Part shown: positions 48,909 to 60,779 of the stretch, piece after piece
How the letters are laid out: each line of letters begins with the position of its first letter
Numbering within the stretch: the stretch's first letter is position 1
Origin: Mustelus asterias
Taxonomy: Eukaryota
Reading direction: 5' to 3'
NCBI RefSeq assembly: GCF_964213995.1
Contig: NC_135819.1
Span: forward strand, 1,426,001-1,490,000
Length of the DNA stretch: 64,000 bases
The notes under the pieces: model-generated
The model's database searches: none
What the model was told of the DNA's origin: nothing
Seen by the model: only the letters and a program-made list of their open reading frames with translations
Translations under genes and position numbers: made by a program

Positions 48909-49519
48909 GATGTGAAAGATGCCAGGGCAATATTTCAAAGAGGACAGGGGAATTCTCATTGGTATCCTGGTCAATTTGCCCCTTAACCATTGCCGAACGC
49001 AGATTATTTGGACACTATCACATTGTTCTTTGCCCAAACACATGTTAGATTTGCGTTAGATTGGCCGCTGTGTTTCCCACAGCACAGCAATACCACAAAA
49101 AGTAATTATCTGGCTGTAAAATCCTTTGCGACGTCCTGAGGTTGTAACAGGTGCTGTATAAAATGCAAGAACTTTGTTTCATTAAAAGAATCGAATATGC
49201 AAAGGGAAACGTTCCTCCTTTGCCATTTTCACCTCGTTCCTGACAGCACAAGCCTCTCTGTTCTATGAGTGGAAGTTTAGCATCTCATCATGTAAGCAGG
49301 AGCCCAGCTAACCTGCAAAGGGTACCCCTCCTCAAACTAGAGGGCTAACAATTAAACGGGCGCCACTCCATAATCAGCACAATTCTTGTGTGTTGGGGGG
49401 GGGGGGGGAGGGGGGGAGGGGGTGTGGGGGAGTGGGGGGGGAGGGGGGAGGTCTGGGGGAGTGGGGGGTGGGGGGGGGGCGCGGAGGGAGAGAAAAATCA
49501 AGTACCAGCAATGACTTAC

Positions 49520-49800
49520 AGTTTTGTGAATGAACTGGACTTCTGGGTCAGTCACCCAATGTCTTCTGAGAAGAGATTCCTTCTTGCCGCACTTGGTGGG
49601 AGGAAATGGGAAGGATTCCTGTGAACTCTATCCATGCATTTGCACTGAGTGCAATGGGACATCAATCCGACAGATATATTAGTCACACTCGTGATGTGAC
49701 CAGAGTACAACTCAGATAAGGAAACAAGAAGTGAACGATGATGCAAGTTTATTTATGGTTGTGGAAAGGATGATGTCAATGCTTTCTCGTCCAAATTAAA
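49520..49800 (-). promoter_or_regulatory. Possible non-coding first exon and promoter of the IgV-ADGRE gene
   Basis: Consensus donor gtaagt at 49514-49519 in an island of unique DNA with several GGAA (ETS-like) cores. The 5' end is undefined. Confidence 0.35.
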
Positions 49801-49930
49801 CAGAGTTTAATAGTGGACAAATATTATGCAGATTTCACAGAATGAAAGCAACCGTGACCACCTTTAGTTCTAACCTTCCAGTCAACATTTTATTCAGTGA
49901 CACTCCATTCCGAGTGTGCTTGTGTAGGTC

Positions 49931-50825
49931 CATAGAATAGAATCCCTTGCAGAAGGAGTACATTCGGCCCATCGAGTCTGCACTGACTCTTCAACAGGGC
50001 ACCTTACCCAGGCACTATCCCAATAACCCAACATATTTACCCCACTAATTCCCCTAATCCACACATCCTGGGACATGAAGGGGAAACTTCCCATGGCCAA
50101 TCCACCTAATCTGCATATCTTTGGAAATTAAGGGGCAATTTAGCATGGCCAATCTACCTAACCTGCATGTCTTTGGACACTAAGGGGCAATTTACCATGG
50201 CCAATCCACCTAACCTCCAAATCTTTGGACATTAAGGGATAATTTAGCATGGCCAATGTACCTAACCTACACATCTTTGGACACTGTGGGGCAACTTAGC
50301 AAGGCCAATCCACCTAACCTACACATCTTTGGACACTAAGAGGCAATTTAGCATGGCTAATCCACCTCACCTGCACATCTGTGGACACTAAGGGGCAATT
50401 TAGCATGGCTAATCCTGCACATGTTTGGACACTAAGGGGCAATTCAGCATTGCCAATCCACCTAACCTGCGCATCTTTGGGCACAATTTAGCATGGCTAG
50501 TATTGCTGCCTCACAGCACCAGGGACCCGGGTTCAATTCCCGGCTCCAGGTCACTGTCTGCGTGGAGTCTGCATGCTCTTCCCGTGTCTGCGTGGGTTTC
50601 CTTCGGGTGCTCCGGTTTCCTCCAACACTCCAAAGATGTGTGCGTTAGGTTGATTGGTCTTGCTAAATTGCCCCTTAGTGCCCAAAGATATATGTAGGTT
50701 AGGAGGATCAGCGGAATAAAATATGTGTGGTTACAGGGGATAGGGTTCCAGGGATAGGAAGTGAGATTTGATGCAGACCCGATGGGCCGAATAGCCTCCT
50801 CTTACACTTTTGGGGTTCAATGATC
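49931..50825. mobile_element. Head-to-head HE1-type SINEs; the minus copy has about 8 copies of the 52-bp unit
   Basis: Array at 50085-50495. Plus copy at 50490-50825. Confidence 0.8.
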
Positions 50826-51249
50826 TTAGAAGGTTTTTTTCACTAATCATTTTTGCCTTTGTTCTTTTCTGGGGTGTGAAATTGCTGACAAGGTCAACAT
50901 TTGGCCATGAGGGTGGCACAGTGGTTAGCAATGCACCCTCACAGAGCCAAGGATCTGGGTTTGATTTCTGGCTTGGGTCACTGTCTGTGTGAAGTCTGCA
51001 TGTTCTCCCCGTGTCTGCATGGGTTTCCTCCGGATGCTCCAGTTTCCTCCCACAGTCCAAAGGACGTGCTGGTTAGGTGCTTTTGGCCATGCTAAATTCT
51101 CCCTCAGTGTACCTGAACAGGTGCCGAAGTGTGGCGACTAGGGGATTTTCACAGTAACTTCATTGCAGTGTGAATGTAAGCCTACCTCTGACACTAATAA
51201 ATAAATAAATAAGCAAATAAAAAGATGATGGCTGATCTAACACTCACCT

Positions 51250-52565
51250 GGGGGCGAGTTTCCAATGCATTGCACCCATTTTCGAGCATGAAAACTTGGT
51301 AGAGTTGGCATGAGGCGAGTAGCGCGATCCGTGCCCACCACTGCGCCGGTTCCCCCTTTGCCAAGGCCTGAAAGTGGCCGTGATCGGGATCACGCCCAAA
51401 ACAGGCGCGATGTCTATTTAAATATATTTGCATTGATTTCAATACACTTAACGAGCTGCACGCCTCACTTTACCGGCACATCCCCTTTTACCACCGTGTT
51501 CACCCAATCTGGAATCGGCCTGGAACAGACGTGCTCGATGAAAGTCCGATTTGGGCACTCCATCAGTGAGGGTTATTGAGGAGGTAAGTGCCTCCCGTCG
51601 GACAGCTCCGTGCTGCTCACGGGGAGTCGTTTCATGGTGGCCAATTTGAATGTTGGGCCGGGGGGACTCTGTGAGTGTGTGAGGGGGTGGGAGGGGCTGT
51701 TGTTCAGCAGGGTGTCCGATGTCTGATTTGCAGCAGGGACCCGGGTCTCAGCACTGACCTCGGGTCTTGTGGATGCTGCTGGATCCTAGTGCACTCAGCA
51801 CTCTTCCAGCTGAAGGATGTGCACAAAGCCCTTGCACATTGCACTGCTGTAGCATCTCAACTTTTCAAGGAGCTGTGTTGCTGGGGGGCATGTGGTGGGG
51901 AATAGGGAGCTGTGTTGCTGGGGGCCATGTGGGTGGGGGAATAGGGAGCTGTGTTGCTGGGGGCCATGTGGTGGGGAATGGGGAGCTGTGTTGCTGGGAG
52001 CATGTGCATGGGGGGAATGGGCAGTATGGGCAGTGTGTGTGGCTGGGCTAGGGGCAAGCAGCGTTCCTTAACCTCTATATGTGTTTCTCTCTTCTCCAAC
52101 ATCCCCACTCCCCACCCCCCACCATTCAGATTGACAAGATGGCTTTTGCGATGCAACAAATCAATCTTGCTGTTCTTTTGGTTGCTCCTGGAGCTGAGGA
52201 GGAGGAGCAGGAGCAAGAATTGCGAGCACAGGAGGCCCAGGCCTTACAACTTGTAGGAGTAGAGGGAGACAGCCACCAGAGGCAGGGTGTGGCCACCATT
52301 CACCCAGAGGGAGGCGCAGGAGAAGGAGGGAGCGGAGACTCCGGCAGTTCCACACACGAGTTGTCGTTTGAACAGATGTCGGATACTGTGTGCCGTCGAC
52401 GTCAATGTGGTCACGGATGTCCTGTAGGCCCAGGCTGGGCAGTACATCAAATTTATTCTGGACCAGGCCCATCCGGAAGCTTGGGCTGCAGGATTTGTGG
52501 CCATTGCGGGGATGCCTAATGTACAGAGGGCCATCGACGGCACCCATGTCACCCTCAAGGTCCCC
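51250..52565 (+). mobile_element. Harbinger/PIF DNA transposon remnant with a transposase fragment
   Basis: GFVAIAGMPNVQRAIDGTHVTLK at ~52490-52560 matches the HARBI1-like AIDGTH motif. The 5' end is homologous to the 7715 element. Confidence 0.75.
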
Positions 52566-52986
52566 CTGGGGCAAGTGGGGTGGGGGAGAGGAGGGAATCG
52601 CTCGTGGGTTCTGGGGAACCAATGGCTTCATTTTCTCAGTGACACAGCATTGAGTGGCCTCCCCAACTGAAAGAAGCAAGAGGTTTTTGTCTCTCTCTCT
52701 CTCTCACTCTCTCTGGAGGCTGCTGTTTAAGTGTCAGAAGACAGGCGTCTCTCTGTATCTCTCTCCAGAAGTGTTAAAGCCCTCCAGGACTGCTAACAAG
52801 TAAAAGCACAGAAGCCTGTGTTGTTTGCTAACGGATTTTGAAGAGGGGTTTAAGTCTATAAGAGGAAAATTGCTTGAACTGGACCTAGTAGACATAGGTT
52901 AGCAATTAAGAATTGTAGCTTGTCATGTTTAAGTACTTCAAGTAGTAAAAGTTAAGTTAAATCATTTATGTTTTTTGTTTATATAT

Positions 52987-54476
52987 CCAATTCAATTCGA
53001 TCAAAGTACAATTCAAAGTCTCAGCAAGTGAGACATTCCAGGTCCGAGCTGACAAGACAGGCTCGCCGCTTCCTGTCCTGGGCTTGATCTACATGATCCA
53101 AGCTGATTGGAGCAGGCATTGCACCTCCTCCAAGGCTCGATCTCATTTGCATCTTAGTCAAAAGGCTGAGATGCCGCTTGAAAAAATTGCTTCAAATGAA
53201 GCCTTAGTGTAACCTCATGACTTCAACCAAGTGCAAGATGTCGATACTACACTTGATCTTAGCCAAAAGGCCGAGAAGGTAGGGCGGTTGATGTCATATA
53301 CATGGATTTTAGTAAGGCGTTTGATAAGGTCCCCCATGGTCGGCTTATGATGAAAGTGAGGAGGTGTGGGATAGAGGGAAGGTTGGCCGATTGGATAGGT
53401 AACTGGCTGTCTGATCGAAGACAGAGGGTGGCGGTGGATGGAAAATTTTCGGATTGGAGGCAGGTTGCTAGCGGAGTGCCGCAGGGATCAGTGCTTGGTC
53501 CTCTGCTCTTTGTGATTTTTATTAATGACTTAGAGGAGGGGGCTGAAGGGTGGATCAGTAAATTTGCTGATGACACCAAGATTGGTGGAGTAGTGGATGA
53601 GGTGGAGGGCTGTTGTAGGCTGCAAAGAGACATAGATAGGATGCAAAGCTGGGCTGAAAAATGGCAAATGGAGTTTAACCCTGATAAATGTGAGGTGATT
53701 CATTTTGGTAGGACTAATTTAAATGTGGATTACAGGGTCAAAGGGAGGGTTCTGAAGACTGTGGAGGAACAGAGAGATCTTGGGGTCCATATCCACAGAT
53801 CTCTAAAGGTTGCCACTCAAGTGGATAGAGCTGTGAAGAAGGCCTATAGTGTGTTAGCTTTTATTAACAGGGGGTTGGAGTTTAAGAGCCATGGAGTTAT
53901 GCTGCAACTGTACAGGACCTTGGTGAGACCACATTTGGAATATTGTGTGCAGTTCTGGTCACCTCACTATAAGAAGGATGTGGAAGCGCTGGAAAGAGTG
54001 CAGAGGAGATTTACCAGGATGCTGCCTGGTTTGGAGGGTAGGTCTTATGAGGAAAGGTTGAGGGAGCTAGGGCTGTTCTCTCTGGAGCGGAGGAGGCTGA
54101 GGGGAGGCTTAATAGAGGTTTATAAAATGATGAAGGGGATAGATAGAGTGAACATTCAAAGACTATTTCCTTGGGTGGATGGAGCTATTACAAGGGGGCA
54201 TAACTATAGGGTTCCTGGTGGGAGATATAGGAAGGATATCAGAGGTAGGTTCTTTACGCAGAGAGTGGTTGGGGTGTGGAATGGACTGCCTGCAGTGATA
54301 GTGGAGTCAGACACTTTAGGAACATTTAAGCGGTTATTGGATAGGCACATGGAGCACACCAGGATGATAGGGAGTGGGATAGCTTGATCTTCGTTTCAGA
54401 TAAAGCTCGGCACAACATCGTGGGCCGAAGGGCCTGTTCTGTGCTGTACTGTTCTATGTTCTATGTTCTAAGCGAT
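52987..54476 (-). mobile_element. U2 snRNA-headed SINE-like element (~300 bp), split by a CR1
   Basis: U2 nt 1-40 reconstruct exactly from 54473-54476 plus 53243-53278. Second degenerate U2 head at ~53150-53173. (TTGAA)n-like tail. Flanking ATATAT duplication. Confidence 0.75.
53279..54469 (+). mobile_element. Young 5'-truncated CR1 LINE with an uninterrupted RT frame (53302-54387)
   Basis: DFSKAFDKVPH, GVPQGSVLGP, FADD, (TTCTATG)n tail. Confidence 0.95.
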
Positions 54477-55714
54477 ATATTTAAACTATTGTTAAAATAA
54501 AGTTCGTTTTGATAAAAGCTTCCTCGTATGTCAATAAAATCACGCCTTGAGTAAAACACTTTATGTTTTTCACACTGATGCCAAAACATAAAAAATACTT
54601 GGGATCTAGTCTAACTTCATAATATAACTTGGGGCGTCTGATCGGGTCCCTAATGGGTCAGATTTTGATACAGAACCAGGTGACAACAAGGTTATTGGCA
54701 TTATAAACATCAAGCTGACTGCAGCTTTGAAATGCCAAGCCATAGTACTGGACTGGAGAGTGGGTAGATCTTCCTTTAGAAGGAACATTACATAAAATTT
54801 CCTGTAACTTCTATATATAAAGTACCACAAATTAACCCCTTTTTCCATGAAAAACAAACTGAGCTTGCACAGAAGGGAGCAAGAATGCAGAAGTGGCTTG
54901 AAATAATTTAAGGATCTAATTTCACTCAACTTCACAGCTGCCAAATTTAAGGATGTTACCGCCACAGAGGGAGTATGATGGAGGTTCACCAGACTTATTC
55001 AGGGGATGGGGGGGGACTGTCTTATGAAGAAAGATTGGGCTCAACTGGGCCTGACTTTCAAAGAGTGAGAGGTGATCTCATTGAAAGCTACATAACACTG
55101 AAAGGAATAGACAGGGTAGCTCACAGAATCATTGGATCCTGACACTGCAGAAAGTGGTCATTCGGCCCATTGAGCCCATATTGACAACAATCCCACCCAG
55201 GCCCCGTTCCCACATACTCACCCTGATAATCCTCCAGACACTAAGGGGCAATTTACCATGGCCAGTCCGCCTAACCCGCACATCTTTGGACACTAAGGGG
55301 CAATTTAGCATGGCCAATCCACCAATCCTGGCTCATAGTGCCAGGGACCTGGGTTCGATTCCTGCCTTGGGTGACTCCTTGGGTGTGGAGTTTGCACAAT
55401 CCCCCCGTGTCTGCGTGGGCTTCCTCCGGGTGCTCTGGTTCCCTCACACAGGATGTGCAGGTTAGGTGGATTGGCCACGCTAAATTACACCTTAGTATCC
55501 AGTGCATTCCAGATCTGAACCATTCATAGCACATTAAAAAAGCAATCTCCTCCAATTTTCTTTGGTGAGTATCTTAAATCTGCTTCCTCAGCGACTGACC
55601 TTCGCTGGAAGCAGTTTCTCCTCATTTATCCCGGCAAATTCATTCGTAGTTTTCGTAATGTCCTAATTATGTTTGTGTGCTTTACACAAAATAAGGGACA
55701 TGATTTGCACACGT

Positions 55715-56830
55715 AGGGGGCGATCTTCCCCAAAAGATTCTAATGGCGTGGTCTTACCAGCTCACCGCCCTAGTCGATTGGCACAGCGAGCAGTAAGATG
55801 GCATACTGATCGAAAAATTGTCCATTTTCACGCAGTTACCGGCACTGTTTTGACAGCAGGATTGGTTTTGTATCTTAATGACATGCGAATGAGTCACGCA
55901 CAGCATCATCTAGCCTCAGCAGCACTTACCTCCACGTCAGTCAGTCCTCAGACCAGCGAGAATCACTGCTGGTCTCCACGAGCGGTAACCAGACGTGATG
56001 GCCTTGCTGGGAGTTTGGGAGGCCATTGAACCCCCCCCCCCACCCCCCACCCCCGGGTGATCAAAGGCATGGCTGGGCAGTGCAGTGCCAATCTGGCAAC
56101 CTGGCACTGCCCACCGGGCACCATAAATGTGCCAAGGGCAGTGCCAAAAGGGTGGGGCCTGAGTAGGTGTGGGGCTATGACAGGGCAAGGGGGGGAGCTC
56201 TGCAGTGGGAGAGGCAAGGGGAGGTTTCTGCAAGGGGAAAGCAAGGGGGAGCTCTAAAATTGGGGAGAGATGTGCTGATGGGAGGGGGGGTGATCACAGG
56301 GAGGGGGGGTGGTTATGGGGTTATGCCAGGGGGGATGATTGGCAGAGAGGGTGTGCAAGGTGTGATGATCGACAGGGGGTAATATGCAAGGGGCTGTGAT
56401 AAGAACAAAGAACAAAGAAAGGTACAGCATAGGAACAGATCCTTCGGCCCTCCAAGGCTGCACCGATCATGATGCCTGCCTAAACTAAAACCGTAAAGAA
56501 CAAAGAAAAGTAAAGATGATATGCAAGGGACCAGGGGGAGACTGGCACAGGGAGCGATTGGCAGAGGGTATAGACTGCACAGAGGGTCATGACAGGGGAC
56601 TCATTAAGAGGGGCCCAGTGCCTGGATGTTGACGACCTATGTTGCCATGGGTGGGACAGGGGGGTTTACACTGCTGCTGATGATAGGGATGAGGGTGTCT
56701 GTGGGGGAGGTGAGGGGGAGGTCTCCCAGTTCAATGGGGGATCAGGCCGCCTGCTCAATGGTGACCCGAGCAGCCTGCAGCCGGCTTCCCGGCGAGCTTC
56801 CCCCTGCCGGTGAGAACTGCTGTTCTACTT
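55715..56830. mobile_element. Probable Harbinger-type non-autonomous element with a short CR1 tail insertion
   Basis: Start GGGGGCGATCTTCCCCAAAAGATTCTAA resembles the 32392 element. GC-rich body. Confidence 0.4.
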
Positions 56831-57664
56831 TTCACTCATTCTGCTGCACACAGATGAAGGTAAATTCGCCATCGTCCCAGCTGACCAGAGGCTGTTCACC
56901 CTTTGAGAGGGAGAGCGGACTGATGGTAATTTAACCACACCTCAGGCAAGGGACAAGGTTGAGATGGCGCAGCCTTCGTGAACAACCTCAGCCGCGACAG
57001 GAATTGAACCCACGCTGTTGGCATCGCTCTGCATCACTAACCAGCCGTCCAGGCAACTGAGCTGAAGCAGCCCCCATGCACATGTGCACAGCTGAGAGCA
57101 ATGGGCAGCTTTATAAACTGCATGTTCAACATCATCTGTATTGGTTAACCAGTTTATCAAAATAGCAATGATCAACAAACTTCCCTTTCCAACATAGTTC
57201 TCCAATTCTGCAACTAAAGGCAAATGAGTCTCAAACCAAAGACTCAAAGAGATTTTTTTTTTAACCACAACTTGCAAATGTCATGATTTAATAAAATCTG
57301 TCTCCAGCAGCCCCTGGGCGAGGACATACGCAGAAACTACAAACTGAGAGACTAAAAGGAAGACAAAGCTCGAGGCAAAATGCAATCTCTATCCTGGACC
57401 AACCTCCTCAGTAAGTCATTAATACTGAACATCAATGTCTATTGATCAATGTGGAAAATGTTTTGAAATACAATATGCAGTTCTGATGTAAACAGCTCCT
57501 CCGACACGGATAGGATGGCACAGTGGTTAGCACTGCTGCCTCGCAGCACCAAGGACCCAGGTTTAATTCTGGCCTTGGGTGACTGTCTGTGTGGAGTTTA
57601 CACGTTATCACTGTGTCTGTGTGGGTTTCCTTCGGGTGCTCGTTTTGTTCCCACAGTCTAAGAT

Positions 57665-58808
57665 GGCAGACTGGTGCAGAAGGTGAAGTCGCATGGGATC
57701 AGAGGTGAGCTGGCAAGGTGGATACAAAACTGGCTCGGTCAAAGAAGACAGAGGGTAGCAGTGGAAGGGTGCATTTCTGAATGGAGGGCTGTGACAAGTG
57801 GCGTTCCTCAGGGATCAGTGCTGGGACCTTCGCTGTTTGTAATATATATAAATGATTTAGAGGAAAATGTAATTGGTTTGATTAGTAAGTTTGCGGACGA
57901 CACAAAGGTTAGTGGATTTGCGGATAGCGATGAGGATAGCGATCAGAGGATACAGCAGGATATAGATCGGTTAGAGACTTGGGCGGAGAGATGGCAGATG
58001 GAGTTTAATCCGGACAAATGTGAGGTAATGCATTTTGGAAGGTCTCATACAGATAGAAAATATACAGTAAATGGCAGAACCCTTAAGAGTATTGATAGGC
58101 AAAGGGATCTGGGTGTACAGGTACACAGGTCACTGAAAGTGGCAATGCAGATGGAGGAGGTAGTCAAGAAGGCATACGGCATGCTTGCCTTCATCGGCCA
58201 GGGCATTGAGTTTAAAAATTGGCAAGTCATGTTGCAGCTTTATAGAACCTTAGTTAGGCCGCATTTGGAATATACTGTTCAATTCTGGTCGCCACACTAC
58301 CAGACGGATGTGGAGGCTTTGGAGAGGGTACAGAAAAGATTTACCAGGATGTTGTCTGGTATGGAGGGCATTGGCTATGAGGAGAGGTTGGAGAAACTTT
58401 GTTTGTTCTCAGTGGAACAACGGAGATTGAGGTGCGACCTGATAGAAGTCTGCAAGATTATGAGAGGCATGGACAGAGTGGATAGTCAGGAGCTTTTTCC
58501 CAAGGTGGAAAAGTCAATTACTCGGGGGCACAGGTTTAAGGTGCAAGGGGCAAGGTTTAAAGGAGATGTACGAGGCAGATTTTTTACACAGGGTGGTGGG
58601 TGCCTGGAACTTATTGCCGGGGGAAGTAGTGGAAGCGGATACGGTAGTGACTTTTAAGGGGCGTCTGGACAAATACATGAACAGGATGGGAATAGAGGGA
58701 TATGGTCCCTGGGAGGGTAGGGGGTTTTAGTTCAGTCAGGCAGCATGGTCGATGCAGGTTTAGAGGGTCAAAGGGCCTGTTCCTGTGCTGTAATTTTCTT
58801 TGTTCTTT
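57665..58808 (+). mobile_element. 5'-truncated CR1 inside an HE1-type SINE (57514-58898)
   Basis: [19 protein letters not shown], (TTCTTTG)n tail. Confidence 0.92.
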
Positions 58809-59001
58809 GCTGGGTGGATTGGCCATGCTAAATTGCGCTTTAGTGTCCAAAGATGTGAATGGCCTCCTTTTGCACTGTAGGACTTCTATGATTCTATGAC
58901 AAACACCAACCTACCTTCTCTTACTTGTTGCGTTACATTTCTTTTGCTCCAGAATCTATCTACTCATTCATTCAACTTTTCATCAGGATTATTTTTATTC
59001 T

Positions 59002-59127
59002 CACCTGATGAAGGGGCAGCGCACCGAAAGCTTGTGCTACCAAATAAACCTGTTGGACTTTAACCTGGTGTTGTGAGACTACTTACTGTGCCCTACTCCA
59101 GTCCAACACTGGCATCTCCACATCATC
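59002..59127 (+). mobile_element. Short Penelope terminus with a hammerhead motif
   Basis: TSD ATTATTTTTATTCT. CAC-CTGATGA..GAAAGC-TT-GTG. Confidence 0.85.
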
Positions 59128-59758
59128 ATTATTTTTATTCTGAGCATTCCACTTTCCACAGCTAGACTTCAAGCAAGTCTCAGTCCGGTGTGGGTTTGGT
59201 TGTCATTAACTCAGTTTTGTATTGCATTGGATCTTATGATAGTTGAAGCATTGGAGGGTTTTCAACGTCTTCTGTTGTGCCAGCTCTTTGCATGAGGAAT
59301 TTGGTTAGTCCCACTTCTCCACCTATTTTTCATAGCTTGCAACTTTTCTTCGTATCTCCAGATGTTATCCAATTCTCTTTTGAAGGCTGTGGTGAACCAT
59401 CGTTGGTTCCCACTGGATAGTACTGAGCCAGGGTCTGGCCAGTACTACAAGTATGTACATATGTTACTGTTGGGTTAGGGATGGGTTGTGCTACTTGTTG
59501 CTGTTGGGGTTAGGGTGGGGTTGTTACACCTTTGTATGATAGTGTTGTGGTACATCCCAGTCGGGCTCCGCCTCCTGGGAGAGGTATAAAGGTCCCTGCT
59601 CTGGCCGGGACCCCTTCAGTCTGGGATCGTGTATATAATTGATAGCTGCCTTGTTACAGCAAATAAAAGCCTTTATTTCCTGAGCATCAAGCCTCGTGTA
59701 TGATAACGCGCATCAATTTTATTTGCTCTAAATAAACTCTCGACAAAAAAAAGAGAGT

Positions 59759-60772
59759 ATGGAGCAGATACTGAAGCCGGAACGCCTTACACTAGATCCA
59801 CGTGCGGTGGGCGCCTCTAACACCTTCGACCACTGGCTGAAGTGTTTCGAAGACTACCTGGCAGCCTCCGCAGCGGTCACCACAGCTGATGACAGACTCC
59901 GGGTCCTCCACGCGAGGGTAAGCGACACTGTCTACCTCGCGATCCGTGCGGCCACCGATTACACAAAGGCCCTCGAGCTTCTGAAGAAGCGTTATATCAA
60001 ACTGCCCAACGAAATACACGCTCGTTACCTCTTAGCCACTCAACGACGGCAGTCCGGCGAAACGATGGAGGAATACGCGAACGAGCTCCTACAGCTAGCC
60101 AGGGGCTGTAACTGCAAAGCTGTGTCAGCTGAGCAGAGTATGAACGACCTCGCCCGAGATGCGTTTGTGGCGGGAGTTGGATCGTCGTACATTCGACTCA
60201 AACTACTGGAGAAAGGTAACCTTGACCTCACCCAGGCAATAGAACTAGCGGAGATGCTGGAGACGACCTCCAAAAGCCTAGTATTGTATCCTGAAGACCA
60301 CGTGGAGACAACGTGGCAGGAGCAGTCGCCAATCCCTCCTCGTCCCTCGGGTTCGAAATGCTGTGTAATGGCGTGCTCACACTCGGGCCAGACGACGGCA
60401 GCAGCTCCGGGCGGCCCACGGTGTTACTTCTGTGGGGGAGCGAAGCATACTCGGCAACGGTGACCCGCTAAAGCTGTGTTGTGCTCCGCCTGCGGTAAGA
60501 AGGGGCACTATTCGAAAGTGTGCCGATCCAAATCTAGGAATAGCAGTGCGGCCTGCGATTCCTCAGAGCCCGGTTCTTCGTCGTCGAAATCGTCGAGGGT
60601 TTCGTCCACGTGCGAGGCCAGGATGACGCCATTACGGTCGACGGAGTCGGAGATGTGTGACCACCAGGGGTCGCTGAGTTTGGCGCCATCACCCACGTGC
60701 CACCTATGGGAGCGGCCATGTTGGTCGGCACCGACAGCGAACAACCAGCAGTGCCTGCAGTGGCGCTCATGA
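59759..60772 (+). pseudogene. gag: Gypsy gag with a premature stop at 60461
   Basis: F.HWL.CFE.YL..QSGETMEEY..L..LA..C..RDAFVAG. CYFCGG.KH and CSACGKKGHYSKVC. Confidence 0.85.
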
Positions 60773-60779
60773 ACCAACG

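Larger units (their letters stand above)
52570..54655 (+). mobile_element. Probable LTR-like repeat hosting the U2-headed element and a CR1
   Basis: (CT)n-containing, AT-rich body with AATAAA, continuous across the ATATAT duplication. Termini are unclear. Confidence 0.35.

Noticed and set aside
53243-53278. Functional U2 snRNA gene
   Set aside because: Only the first 40 nt are present, they are interrupted by a CR1, and there is no Sm site or 3' stem-loops.
59470-59522. Telomere-like GGGTTAGGG motifs
   Set aside because: Two isolated units inside an LTR U3 region, not an array.
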